Part shown: positions 8,623 to 17,600 of the stretch, piece by piece
Layout: every line of letters begins with the position of its first letter
How positions within the stretch are numbered: the first letter of the stretch is position 1
IMG/VR virus record: IMGVR_UViG_3300036949_000060
DNA: 64,000 nucleotides
Origin: an uncultured virus (IMG/VR IMGVR_UViG_3300036949_000060)
Taxonomy: Duplodnaviria; Heunggongvirae; Uroviricota; Caudoviricetes
Direction: 5' to 3' (one strand)
Position numbers and translations under genes: made by a program
Notes under the pieces: model-generated
Seen by the model: only the letters and a program-made list of their open reading frames with translations
Database searches by the model: none
What the model was told of the DNA's origin: nothing

Positions 8623-9884
8623 TCCTGCACCTCCTCGGTACCATCTATGATTCTGTTTACTGTGTTCAACATGACTTCCATCTTCGTTCTCATTGCTCTA
8701 AACTGATTATCGCCAAGCATCCTCTCGAGTGCCCTGATATCACTTGCAAGACCTGCTTTATATCCTCTGACGGTATGAGGATCAAGTATGTTTCTACGCT
8801 CATCGACGGGCTCGGCAGTGTGTACGGCTTCATCGTTCCCCGAGCTATTTCCTCCCAGTTCAGTGTCAGGATCCGACTCATCATTTTTGATGACTCCAGC
8901 CTCTTCCGCCTCTTCAGCATCTTCTGCTCTGCTCTGCTCGGGATCAGGATCGTCTTTGGGTTCTTCCCGGATCTTCTCCATCTCTTTGACGTGAGGTGCT
9001 TTGACTGTTTCGGGCTTTTTCGGTACCTCAACCCTCTTCGGTTGCACCGGTGCAACTTCGGGCTTTTCCTCTGCGATGGGTTTCCCATAAACAAATTCGT
9101 AGGCATCTTTTGCTTTAATGAATACATGACCATCTTCTCCATTGCTTACCGGCATTATCTCCGCCCATGCGCTTGTGATTTCCATCCAGGAATGATTCGT
9201 TTTTGTTTCAGCTCTTGCTACTGTGAGGGATGCTCCATCATCTTTGACAATCAGGATCACCTTTCCTTCTCCGGCTACCCTTGCCACGTAGGTCATCTGA
9301 TCTATGGGCTTGAATATATCTTTCAGGCGGTCCCATTCCTCACCTTCTGAAAAGAAGTTCCATATCTTGCAAAAAAGGAATGTGTTTTCTTCTCCGATTG
9401 CCTTTAATACTCTGACGAGAAGGGAATCGGTCGGAGGGTTCATGATCTGCTCGAAGTTCTCTTCAAGATGCTCGACCTCACTTTTGCTTCTTTCCTCATC
9501 GATCTCGTTCTTTATCGCCTGGATCTCTGACTTGGTATATTCCGGTGTTAGCTCCTCGGTGATTACTTCGGGGATCCTGAGCATGAGCGCGAGCTTTGCA
9601 TATCCGAAGCCCTTATACTGTTCAAGCAGCCTGTCTGAATTGCCTTCCTCGGAAAATCTGTCATTGATCCTGATGAATCTTGATACCATCGACTTATCAA
9701 GACCAAATTCTCCGTTTGCAAAATCGAGATAATCTTTATATCCCGAACCGACCAGGATGTCTGTGTCTCTTGCGACCTTCAACAGGTACCCAATCCTTAC
9801 GAATCCCTCTGAGGTCCTTTCCAACTCTGTGCGGAGCTCCTGTCTGTACTCCGCATAATCGTGCTGATAAACTATCTGTTCCAT
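8619..9884 (-). CDS. DUF3102-like phage protein (putative DNA-binding N-terminus, acidic C-terminus)
   Basis: FVRIGYLLK...GY...DFA..EFGL.KS.VSRFI.IN; contains palindrome copy 3, which encodes VAPVQ. Confidence 0.6.
   Translation of the reverse strand: MEQIVYQHDYAEYRQELRTELERTSEGFVRIGYLLKVARDTDILVGSGYKDYLDFANGEFGLDKSMVSRFIRINDRFSEEGNSDRLLEQYKGFGYAKLALMLRIPEVITEELTPEYTKSEIQAIKNEIDEERSKSEVEHLEENFEQIMNPPTDSLLVRVLKAIGEENTFLFCKIWNFFSEGEEWDRLKDIFKPIDQMTYVARVAGEGKVILIVKDDGASLTVARAETKTNHSWMEITSAWAEIMPVSNGEDGHVFIKAKDAYEFVYGKPIAEEKPEVAPVQPKRVEVPKKPETVKAPHVKEMEKIREEPKDDPDPEQSRAEDAEEAEEAGVIKNDESDPDTELGGNSSGNDEAVHTAEPVDERRNILDPHTVRGYKAGLASDIRALERMLGDNQFRAMRTKMEVMLNTVNRIIDGTEEVQE
9041..9056. repeat. GTTGCACCGGTGCAAC palindrome, copy 3 (intragenic)
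   Basis: Direct sequence match. Confidence 0.9.
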
Positions 9885-9949
9885 TCGTTATCCTTTCTGA
9901 GTTATCCACATGGGAAGGTTAAAATCCCTAAAATGCACGTTTTTGCATC

Positions 9950-11563
9950 TTAAACCGCTGTTTTGTGCTGTTTTGTGCGGCTTTTTGCTTCTTTTTGCAG
10001 TTTTGCGAGGTCTAAGCTCTTAACATATCTTCCGAGCCATCTGTCGATTTTCTTCTCATCAGGCTTCGAATCATGGATTCCGTACCACTGCTCGATCTTG
10101 CCCTGCGGATTGAGTTCTACAGTGATATAAGGCTCTTCGGGGTTCTTCTTGGTTCTGAGCAAGCATATTATCTTTCTGCGCTCTGCGTGGCTCTTCAGAT
10201 ATCCGTCTCCGCCTACGCAATGATGAAGCAGTCTGCCTTCGTCCACGATCTCGCTGGCACTCATTGCCGGTCTGATGACAAGCGCTCCACTTTCGTAGTG
10301 GTAAACCTTATCAGCTCCTTTGAATCTCGTTCTGATCTCCTTGAATCTCTCTTCCACTTCCGCTTTTCTCGTTTCAGCTGCTCTTTCATCCTTTTCGATG
10401 ACTGCTTTGTCATGCGCTGCTTTGAGGTTCTTCGGGAAAAGGATTATCGAATCTGTCATGTCATATCCGAGGGCTTCTTTCATTTCCAGATAATCCCGAT
10501 ATTCACGAACCTTTCCGGCGAGGGTGTTCCCTTTCTTGGTCTGCTTGCGAATATAGTTGATTATCTTGATAGCCGATGAATGACTCAGCAGCTTCTTAAT
10601 GTCCTCTTCAGGAAGTCCGTACTTGATCAAATCCTGTGCATATTCTCCGAGGTTCCCGCTGATCTTCTCCATCCTGTAGATCTGAAGCGCACCAATCTGA
10701 TCTTCCGGCTTTTGCTGTACCAGATCCTTGAACCTTCTCTTTTCAATCTTCAGATAGTCCCAAGGGGTTTTCGCTTTGGGATTGAGTCTCATTCCCAGCC
10801 CGTTGTACATCTTTCTCCAGATAATCTCGATAAGGCCTGTTTTAAAGAGCATCTCGAACCAAGGATTCTTTATATACGCCTGCTGCCAGTCTGCAATCGT
10901 GTAATATCGTGCTATCCTGTCATTCTCGAGCGCTTCCTGCGTCATTGAATACTGCATCACAGTGCCCTTCATGTTTTTCCATGTGTCAGGATGAATGAAT
11001 CCGCAGGTGGGACTGTTATCTGTGTAACCCATCGTTGAAAAGCAGTAAGTGCTGTTCCACTCTCCGCCGTGCCATCCCCAAGGGTGATAAAACTCTTTAT
11101 AGAGCTTCTTCTTCATTCCGGCAGGGAACCAATATCTCATGCGCTCTGACAGCTCAAATACTTCGTAAGACTTTTCCTTGTCCGGTACCGCCGAGAGAAT
11201 CGGTCTGAAGAATCTGAGGATCCATCCGCCCTGCGGAAGCTTCTGTCCGTACCAGAGATCGATGTCATGACAGATGGGATTTTTTCTGTTTCTCTTCGAA
11301 GCCAGTCTGCCTATCACTTTGCACTTCGGGCATTTGATATAAGGGCCTGTGTACGTCTCCCTAAATTCTTCAAATTCCGGAGTGTCTTCCTTCACAAATT
11401 TCTGTCCGCAATGAGCGCACTCAATATGGAGCTTGTTTTGCTTTCTTGAAAAAAAGAAGGTCCTTCTGTCATCGAAACGCTTCTCAGCCCATGTCCTGAA
11501 CTTCTCCGGAATCCTCGGAAGCATTTTGTGAAGCTCGTTCTTCTCCTCATCAGTCATTTGCAA
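9950..11563 (-). CDS. PcfJ-domain protein
   Basis: YRDYL.M...LGYD...LFPKNL.AAHD...EG..LHHCVG..Y...PYITVE...QWYG. Confidence 0.8.
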   Translation of the reverse strand: MQMTDEEKNELHKMLPRIPEKFRTWAEKRFDDRRTFFFSRKQNKLHIECAHCGQKFVKEDTPEFEEFRETYTGPYIKCPKCKVIGRLASKRNRKNPICHDIDLWYGQKLPQGGWILRFFRPILSAVPDKEKSYEVFELSERMRYWFPAGMKKKLYKEFYHPWGWHGGEWNSTYCFSTMGYTDNSPTCGFIHPDTWKNMKGTVMQYSMTQEALENDRIARYYTIADWQQAYIKNPWFEMLFKTGLIEIIWRKMYNGLGMRLNPKAKTPWDYLKIEKRRFKDLVQQKPEDQIGALQIYRMEKISGNLGEYAQDLIKYGLPEEDIKKLLSHSSAIKIINYIRKQTKKGNTLAGKVREYRDYLEMKEALGYDMTDSIILFPKNLKAAHDKAVIEKDERAAETRKAEVEERFKEIRTRFKGADKVYHYESGALVIRPAMSASEIVDEGRLLHHCVGGDGYLKSHAERRKIICLLRTKKNPEEPYITVELNPQGKIEQWYGIHDSKPDEKKIDRWLGRYVKSLDLAKLQKEAKSRTKQHKTAV

Positions 11564-12104
11564 TACCTCCCAGGTAATAATCCTTCACGATCTCTCTGAC
11601 CGTTGCCTCTTCAGGTATTCCGAACTTGACTGTTCCACCAAAACTGATATTGGCTGCTTTGAGGATTGCATCGTCTACTTCTTCCATGAGCTTTTCACTC
11701 TCTTTGAGGATTGCCCCTAATGCTCCGGCAAGGCTGTTCTCAGAATTTCTGACCGCCTTTGCGAAATCATTTGATTCTGAGATGCACATCTGGATGTATC
11801 TGATCCAGTCGTGCATGATGCCGTTGATGGTAAGTGCCTGCTCCTCGATGCTTATCTTTCCGAGTGCAGCTGATGTGTCAGAGCATATTCTGTCCCATCT
11901 TCCGGTGATGAAGTCTTCCGCATCTTCAGGATCCAGTCCGTTCTCTCTTGCGATCTCCCTGATCGCTTCGGTGTCTCCCTGCGCGAGCTGGTTCTTTGCC
12001 GCCTCATTAATCTCGTCTGCTGAATTGAAATTGCCGTACTTTGTGAAAATGTCCTTTGCCATGTATAGACCCTCCTTCATTGAGTATTTATGCCGTTTTA
12101 GCAT
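11550..12104 (-). CDS. Hypothetical protein (PcfK-like position)
   Basis: Directly upstream of pcfJ; ends ...IVKDYYLG. Confidence 0.5.
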   Translation of the reverse strand: MLKRHKYSMKEGLYMAKDIFTKYGNFNSADEINEAAKNQLAQGDTEAIREIARENGLDPEDAEDFITGRWDRICSDTSAALGKISIEEQALTINGIMHDWIRYIQMCISESNDFAKAVRNSENSLAGALGAILKESEKLMEEVDDAILKAANISFGGTVKFGIPEEATVREIVKDYYLGGIAND

Positions 12105-12507
12105 TATTGATTAACCAATTTCTGTATTCGTGTGTGACTCCTACCTTCACGGTCACATTCTGCTGCGCGAGTGCGGTACCGATTTCCTCCCACACCTCTG
12201 CATTCTTGATCTTTGTTCCCTTTGCGGACATGTAATCGTTTTCCCGCCACTGAGGAAGCCAACTCTCAACAGCTGCGCCCAGCCACTGAGAATCAAAGAA
12301 CAGGTTAAGGTCCGAAGGGAGTGTCATGTGCTTCAGCGCTGATCCAAGGATTCTCATCCACGCCTCGTTTTCGCTTGCCTCGACTGTCTCCTTGAAGGTC
12401 TTTGTTACCGGACCCTGCGGAGTGATCGCCTCCAGGACGTATATCCCGACTCCTTCCTGCTTTTTCGGTCCTTTGATTGTCTGATGGATGTAAATGTTGA
12501 CTGTCAT
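12088..12507 (-). CDS. RNase H-like protein
   Basis: RNase HI-like layout: G.GIYVL, DSQWL, W..N.Y.SAKG..IKNAEVW. Confidence 0.7.
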   Translation of the reverse strand: MTVNIYIHQTIKGPKKQEGVGIYVLEAITPQGPVTKTFKETVEASENEAWMRILGSALKHMTLPSDLNLFFDSQWLGAAVESWLPQWRENDYMSAKGTKIKNAEVWEEIGTALAQQNVTVKVGVTHEYRNWLINNAKTA

Positions 12508-13210
12508 GTGATCTCCTTATCATGTATCTCTGATACGGATAACCTGTGACGGGGTTCGTCCCGTTGAACAATGTTGACTTGATGATCTCCCAGCCTTTGG
12601 GTACCGGAGGCGGGTCTTTCCACCTCATGCTTCTGACGGTCTCCCTCTTAGGTTCCGGGATCTTGAGGTTTCTTGACCTCGTGTAAGATGCTGTCTTTGA
12701 TGATTCGCCTTTTAAGAGATAATCCGCCAGCTGTTCATATTCACCCTCGTCATACAGAGGACTGAAAAACGGATGTCCGTGAGGCCATGCCTTCTGGATC
12801 AGCTTCATCACATCCACCCCCTCGGGGTTATTGATCACAATATGGTGATGGACTGCTCCGCGGGATCCGATCTCTGTTACCCCGATATATTTCAGGTCTG
12901 CCTCCGCCTTGCGGAACTTCTTTCTCAGCTCTGCGAGGAACTTAGCTCTGAGTGCGTTGGCTTCTTCTGCTGTCTCGGGTCTTCTGTCCTTTGCATAGGT
13001 CAATGTGACGTGAAGATCTCCCTCTGAGAAGTTCGCCATGATCAGCCTCTGAACTTTTCTCCTCTTGTTCCTCTCATTCTGTCTTTTTATCTCTTCAGGT
13101 GTCCTTTTTCTTTTCCGCTCCCTCGGACATCCGGGAGCTCCATAATTCCCTGGGATATATTTTTGAATCTCTCTAACCTCTCCGAGGTCATAGGTGACTT
13201 TTGTGTACAA
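12305..13210 (-). CDS. HUH rolling-circle replication initiator-like protein
   Basis: Motif I HVTLTY, motif II AVHHHIVI, motif III LADYLLK; probable TTG start after GAGGAG. Confidence 0.8.
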   Translation of the reverse strand: MYTKVTYDLGEVREIQKYIPGNYGAPGCPRERKRKRTPEEIKRQNERNKRRKVQRLIMANFSEGDLHVTLTYAKDRRPETAEEANALRAKFLAELRKKFRKAEADLKYIGVTEIGSRGAVHHHIVINNPEGVDVMKLIQKAWPHGHPFFSPLYDEGEYEQLADYLLKGESSKTASYTRSRNLKIPEPKRETVRSMRWKDPPPVPKGWEIIKSTLFNGTNPVTGYPYQRYMIRRSHDSQHLHPSDNQRTEKAGRSRDIRPGGDHSAGSGNKDLQGDSRGKRKRGVDENPWISAEAHDTPFGP

Positions 13211-13377
13211 GATTTTCTCCTCTGGGTTACGTAAGTTTAATATCCTAATGAACGAATTAAAAAGGCTTAAACCCACTTTTTAAAATTGACTTTCAAGCCC
13301 CGAGGACATATAATATTTATGTCAACTTAATTATTGAAATGTCCTTGGGATTGGATCGCTTGCCGGCGATCCTTTCT

Positions 13378-13680
13378 TTATATCCAGATCTCGTGAATGA
13401 TGTTCACCTGCATATCCATAAAGTTGTACTGTGCCTGCTCTTCAGGCACCATCGGAGCGGCAAGGCCGAGCTCCTTCCAGTTCTTATGTCTTATCTCCGC
13501 TGCTACGTGATACTCTTTCACGCTTCTCAGCTCATAAGGTGTGATAAGCCAGTGCTTATGATCTCTTAAGGTTCCCCAAAAGCCCTGATATATAAGCTCG
13601 TCATCATCCTTCTGCTTGATCCTGATGATGTCGGGACCTGTGAAAAGGTTCAGCAGGTCTTCTAAAACCACTCTTCCCAT
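13378..13680 (-). CDS. Hypothetical phage protein
   Basis: RBS GAGGT; coupled ORF. Confidence 0.6.
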   Translation of the reverse strand: MGRVVLEDLLNLFTGPDIIRIKQKDDDELIYQGFWGTLRDHKHWLITPYELRSVKEYHVAAEIRHKNWKELGLAAPMVPEEQAQYNFMDMQVNIIHEIWI

Positions 13681-13973
13681 TTAGCTACCTCTTTTCCTAT
13701 TCCAATCGCGTAACCATATTCCTGATTGCATCCTTTTGAGTCTTCCCATCCTGGCATCAGGAGCACTACGTCACAAGCTCTGATGGTGTCGAAGCAGATC
13801 TGCATGATCTCATCGTATGTAATAGACTCCGGAAGCTGCTCTCCGATCTTGACGGGATTGATTGCTCTCGCACTGTCTCCAAACTTCTGATGAACCTTTA
13901 TTTCTCCGAACTCGAATCTGTCTTTAAAATCCTCGGTGCCGGTAATCGGTCCGCTTAAATAAACATTGAGCAT
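13662..13973 (-). CDS. DUF4406 / nucleoside deoxyribosyltransferase-like protein
   Basis: VYLSGPITG...INP...CD.V.L.PGWE.SKGC..E. Confidence 0.85.
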   Translation of the reverse strand: MLNVYLSGPITGTEDFKDRFEFGEIKVHQKFGDSARAINPVKIGEQLPESITYDEIMQICFDTIRACDVVLLMPGWEDSKGCNQEYGYAIGIGKEVAKWEEWF

Positions 13974-13983
13974 TTTCTTTCTC

Positions 13984-14523
13984 CTATCTGCTAAAGTAAT
14001 GGGCTCCATACTGGAAAAGCGGTTCCTTCCCATTTCGATACCCGTATTTATTAAAGAAGAGAGCTCCTTGTGAAAAATCTGCTCCTTCAAGGACAAGTGC
14101 CATTGCTTCGTGGCATTCCTCAGAGACATCAGGCCTCATTCCTTCTGTATAGAACTGACCCTTTGCGAAGATCACCTCTTCAATGCTGTCTCCGAACCCC
14201 GGAGCCTCGACTCTGTTCAGAACCACGTTCATAACCATTGCCATCCCCCTGGTTCCTTCGCTCTCAGCTTCGGCAAAGGCTATCTGCTCAAGCAGATCAC
14301 ACTCTTCTGCAGTAAGGTTTCTATAGAAGGGTTCTGGTTCGACCTCTACATAAACCGTTTCGGTTATGATCTCGGGCTCTTTTTCGATGTATACATATTC
14401 AATCTGCGGCTCAGGTGCCTGCGCTGCCATTGAGTAGTTATGGCTTTGATATGAACCGTAAGCTGCAATTCCTACTGCTATTCCGACTATCAAGGTAAAC
14501 AGGACGTTAATGACATTCTTCAT
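13984..14523 (-). CDS. Membrane-anchored SleB-like cell wall hydrolase (Hydrolase_2)
   Basis: N-terminal TM helix; AEAESEG...VVLNRV...SIEEVIFAKGQF...GALFF...HYF. Confidence 0.85.
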   Translation of the reverse strand: MKNVINVLFTLIVGIAVGIAAYGSYQSHNYSMAAQAPEPQIEYVYIEKEPEIITETVYVEVEPEPFYRNLTAEECDLLEQIAFAEAESEGTRGMAMVMNVVLNRVEAPGFGDSIEEVIFAKGQFYTEGMRPDVSEECHEAMALVLEGADFSQGALFFNKYGYRNGKEPLFQYGAHYFSR

Positions 14524-14695
14524 TGCCTCTTCCTTTCAGAAAATCCGTAAACTGTTCTTCCGGTACTCTTGTGAGCTTCCCAATCTTGATGTACTCACCG
14601 CCCGAGGCTTTATACTCTTTGATTAGAAGAAACGATGTTGTTCTTCTGACCTTGAAGGTCTTCTGTACATCTTCGGGGCTTAACCAGCTACTCAT
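14507..14695 (-). CDS. Excisionase-like HTH protein
   Basis: WLSPEDV...IKIGKLTRVP; follows cro. Confidence 0.6.
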   Translation of the reverse strand: MSSWLSPEDVQKTFKVRRTTSFLLIKEYKASGGEYIKIGKLTRVPEEQFTDFLKGRGNEECH

Positions 14696-14876
14696 TGATC
14701 AGATCCTCTACTTTGATGCCGAGGACCTTTGTGATTTTAATGAGATCATCCGCTCTGAGTTTTGCGCCCTCGTTGACTACTCTCTGAAGCCTTCTTCCAA
14801 CTCCGGACTTCTCAGCAACAGCTGATACGTTGTAGCCATGCTCTTTGAGGTAATTCTTTAAGCTCTGTTCAAGCAT
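14688..14876 (-). CDS. Cro-like XRE HTH protein
   Basis: HTH, divergent from the repressor. Confidence 0.75.
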   Translation of the reverse strand: MLEQSLKNYLKEHGYNVSAVAEKSGVGRRLQRVVNEGAKLRADDLIKITKVLGIKVEDLINE

Positions 14877-14889
14877 CGTTTTTTCTCCT

Positions 14890-15005
14890 TTCGTTTTCAG
14901 ATTATGGGTATAATATATTCCGTTTTCCGATTACTGTCAACCGTTTTTTGGATATTTTTTTATTTTTATCAGTTTTCAAATGAAAAAGGCTGATTTATAA
15001 TGATC
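14890..15005. promoter_or_regulatory. cI/cro switch with repeated operator-like GTTTTC(A/C)(G/A)AT(T/G)A motifs
   Basis: Three related motifs near 14893, 14922 and 14972; TTGACA on the minus strand. Confidence 0.55.
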
Positions 15006-15018
15006 TTGAAAGGAGGGA

Positions 15019-15348
15019 TTGAATATGACGGAAAGAGAAAGATTTGCCAATAGACTCATAGGCTATCGGAAAGCGATGGAGATGTCACAAGCTGATCTAT
15101 CGAAGAAGGTAGGAAAAGCGCAGTCTGTTATTTCCGCATGGGAAAAAGGACAATCCAGCCCGGATGTAGATATGTTAAATTCACTTGCAAAAGCTCTGGA
15201 AGTTTCAATTCCTGAGTTGTGCGGTGTAACAGATGCCAATACGAGCGATCAGGAACTGTTGGACGCTTTTCATGCAGCTGATCCTGTAACTCAGAAAAAC
15301 ATACGCCTGCTGCTCGGGCTCGGAGGTAGTGATAATGTGGGTAAATAA
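15019..15348 (+). CDS. CI-like XRE repressor (no S24 peptidase domain)
   Basis: RK...MSQADL...VG..QS.ISAWEKG...P. Confidence 0.85.
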   Translation: MNMTERERFANRLIGYRKAMEMSQADLSKKVGKAQSVISAWEKGQSSPDVDMLNSLAKALEVSIPELCGVTDANTSDQELLDAFHAADPVTQKNIRLLLGLGGSDNVGK

Positions 15349-15718
15349 GCGCGGCTATATGCAGGAACGTGTCATAGATCCTCACACCGGATTCCCGAGG
15401 ATCATTTCTGTGAAATGTTCTGGGAACTCTATTAAGGCCAGAGATGAGGCATACAGAAACCTGCAGGATAAGATTAAGAGATTGTCCGAATCGGAGTTCA
15501 GATTCTTTCAGACTATAGATGTATATCTTTCTGAGATGCAGAAGGAATGGAAGGCTTCAACATATTCACATGAGAGCTCCCACTTTAAACAGATTAAAGC
15601 CATCATTGGTGATGCTTACATGAACAAGCTCACCGCGGGATATGTAAGGACGAAGTTTATTGAGTCGGGCAAGAATAACCACACTCTGAACGATTTTCAT
15701 AATGGTTTAGTTCGCTAA
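15335..15718 (+). pseudogene. int: Tyrosine integrase, N-terminal fragment only
   Basis: Aligns with the first ~120 aa of the 52149-53234 integrase; catalytic domain absent. Confidence 0.85.
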
Positions 15719-15812
15719 AATTCGTAATAGTCCGTAATGTCCGCAAAATCAGCGCTTTTTAAAATGATCCCGATGGATGCTTGGCCTCGTTTGCTTGACT
15801 ATTTGCTAAACC

Positions 15813-15844
15813 AAAAAACTCCCCCGCTGGAGAAGCGAGGGAGT
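15813..15844 (-). terminator. Intrinsic terminator after the CHAP lysin
   Basis: ACTCCCTCGCT...AGCGGGGGAGT stem followed by a U-tract. Confidence 0.7.
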
Positions 15845-15870
15845 ACTTGAGGGAGAATATATCGTAAGGC

Positions 15871-16653
15871 TTAAACAGCCGAGCGACCTTCATTGATACC
15901 GAATGCGACATAGTGGAAGTAATACAAAGAATTATTATCTCCATACGCACCCACAAGGTCGGGGTAATGAGATTTATAAAATATGGGATTGAACTGTTCC
16001 GAAGCCTGCCTGAGTTCGTTCATTCCAAACATGATGAAGTGTTGCCACAACTTGTTGGGATCATGCCCGAACGCAGCTTCAAGGTCTGCGTACTTATTAG
16101 CGTAGTATTCGGGATCGAATACCGGGGAATAATCGTAACCATAAAGCCAAAAACCTTCATTAACGGACGGATTGACGATACATCCTCTGAATTTATAATC
16201 AGAACTCTGTCCCCATCTTCCATCCCTGTTTGTCCTCGTCTGATTCCAAAAAGCATTTCTTGCATTATAGCCGGATTCGCTTGTTAAGATAGTGTTATCA
16301 TCAAGGATCTGCTCAACAACTGCCACGTGACCTGCTCCATCCGTGCCGCTTAAGGTTTTTCCTTTTTGCCATACCATAATGCCACCCAGAGTGGGCTTGG
16401 GTGACACCTTTAGTCCCATCCTCACGGCTCTTTCAATGAAGTTCTCGGCATTACATACAAGCTGATACTCGATGCAGGGTTTTCCAATTATCTCGGCAAA
16501 TCTTCCATTGGCATAACCTACGCAGTTAGCAAGCACTGTGGCTTTCGGATCTGTAGGGCTTCCCTTGCACGCTTCCGAATACCCACCATCCACTTTACGC
16601 ATATAGTAGGGACTATTCTGCGGTTTTGTGGTTCTCATCACAAAGTTTGCCAT
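15871..16653 (-). CDS. Endolysin A: CHAP domain plus two C-terminal repeats
   Basis: NCVGYANGR and GHVAVVE; repeats F(D/N)P..Y...Y.DL..A(F/Y)G...FG.NE.R. Confidence 0.85.
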   Translation of the reverse strand: MANFVMRTTKPQNSPYYMRKVDGGYSEACKGSPTDPKATVLANCVGYANGRFAEIIGKPCIEYQLVCNAENFIERAVRMGLKVSPKPTLGGIMVWQKGKTLSGTDGAGHVAVVEQILDDNTILTSESGYNARNAFWNQTRTNRDGRWGQSSDYKFRGCIVNPSVNEGFWLYGYDYSPVFDPEYYANKYADLEAAFGHDPNKLWQHFIMFGMNELRQASEQFNPIFYKSHYPDLVGAYGDNNSLYYFHYVAFGINEGRSAV

Positions 16654-16655
16654 AA

Positions 16656-16871
16656 TCAGTCCTCTATGCTGTCGATCTGTTTGTCATAGACAGCCTTAAG
16701 CACGGTTACGATACCACCGAGGCAGGTGTTAAGAGCTGCAAGGGTTGCCGTGATCTGTGCGGTATAGGGGACGTGCCATATAGCAAGAACCGCTGAAATG
16801 AAAGTGAGGATGGGTGCGATACACTTAACGATGATACACAGCTTGTCATAAGTCTTGTTTGAAATTTTCAT
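16656..16871 (-). CDS. Holin (two TM helices)
   Basis: M.ISNKTYD.L start; adjacent to the lysin. Confidence 0.75.
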   Translation of the reverse strand: MKISNKTYDKLCIIVKCIAPILTFISAVLAIWHVPYTAQITATLAALNTCLGGIVTVLKAVYDKQIDSIED

Positions 16872-16884
16872 GGGTGCCTCCTTT

Positions 16885-17379
16885 TTATTGTCCGTTGTAA
16901 ATTTCGCGTATATTTATTAACTGCAGGATGGTTGCTTTCGTGTCCTGCTTTAAATACTCGATAAATTCATCCGACTGAAATTCTTCTTTTTCGGTATATT
17001 CCATAACAACGTCTACCAGCTTTTGCTGTTTCAAAGAAAGATAATCGTCGTTTGTGTTGATGTGGTTTTGCGCTATCCAATTTCCGTATTCGATATAGCA
17101 TGCCTGGACGATTATTAGCCCGAGGCGCTTGTCATAATCTGGGACGCGCTTCCGCAGTTTCTTTTCTGCGGCGGTCAAGTGCTGCCAGACGTAGTCCTGC
17201 TGTTGTCTTATGATGTTTCGTTCCGCGTCACGCGCTCCCAACTTTATGCTGTCCGTGTGGATCTGCAGAAGGTTTGATTTTACCAAAACGAACGCGGCTA
17301 AAATACAGATAACCAAGAAAAGCAAAATGGATATCGCATTTGCCGATGTGAATATTTCCGCCAGTGCATCCCACATCAC
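16885..17379 (-). CDS. Single-TM lysis-cassette protein
   Basis: N-terminal hydrophobic helix; lies between tail and holin genes. Confidence 0.65.
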   Translation of the reverse strand: MMWDALAEIFTSANAISILLFLVICILAAFVLVKSNLLQIHTDSIKLGARDAERNIIRQQQDYVWQHLTAAEKKLRKRVPDYDKRLGLIIVQACYIEYGNWIAQNHINTNDDYLSLKQQKLVDVVMEYTEKEEFQSDEFIEYLKQDTKATILQLINIREIYNGQ

Positions 17380-17600
17380 TCACCAACCTCGCTTTCGGTC
17401 TTTCTCTCGTATCTGTCCGACTTGTGGACGAAACCATCATCGTCAATTATCTCACCGAATGCTCTAATACAATTTGTGTCGCCCACACATGCCCTCATAC
17501 TTCCGTACAGATTAATCAGGGCAAGCTCCATAGTGTTGAAATGGGTAATAGTCCTTTCGTGGGTTTCGTTTGCCATAGTCTTTAATAGTAATACATTCAT
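17376..17600 (-). CDS. Small tail-end protein, allele A
   Basis: 5' part identical to 62853-63068, 3' part diverged. Confidence 0.75.
   Translation of the reverse strand: MNVLLLKTMANETHERTITHFNTMELALINLYGSMRACVGDTNCIRAFGEIIDDDGFVHKSDRYERKTESEVGE

Larger units (their letters stand above)
1..15695. mobile_element. Phage A, early/middle arm (HNH to truncated integrase), partial and apparently decayed
   Basis: Gene order HNH, late activator, accessory genes, replication, xis, cro | cI, int. The integrase breaks off near 15,695. Confidence 0.85.

Noticed and set aside
15302..15314. TACGCCTGCTGCT in cI matching the flank of the palindrome repeats
   Set aside because: A 13-bp match inside coding sequence without the palindrome; may be chance
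17376..17482. Diverged 3' ends of the duplicated small gene as a DGR VR/TR pair
   Set aside because: Differences are not adenine-specific, many are synonymous, and no reverse transcriptase is present in the window
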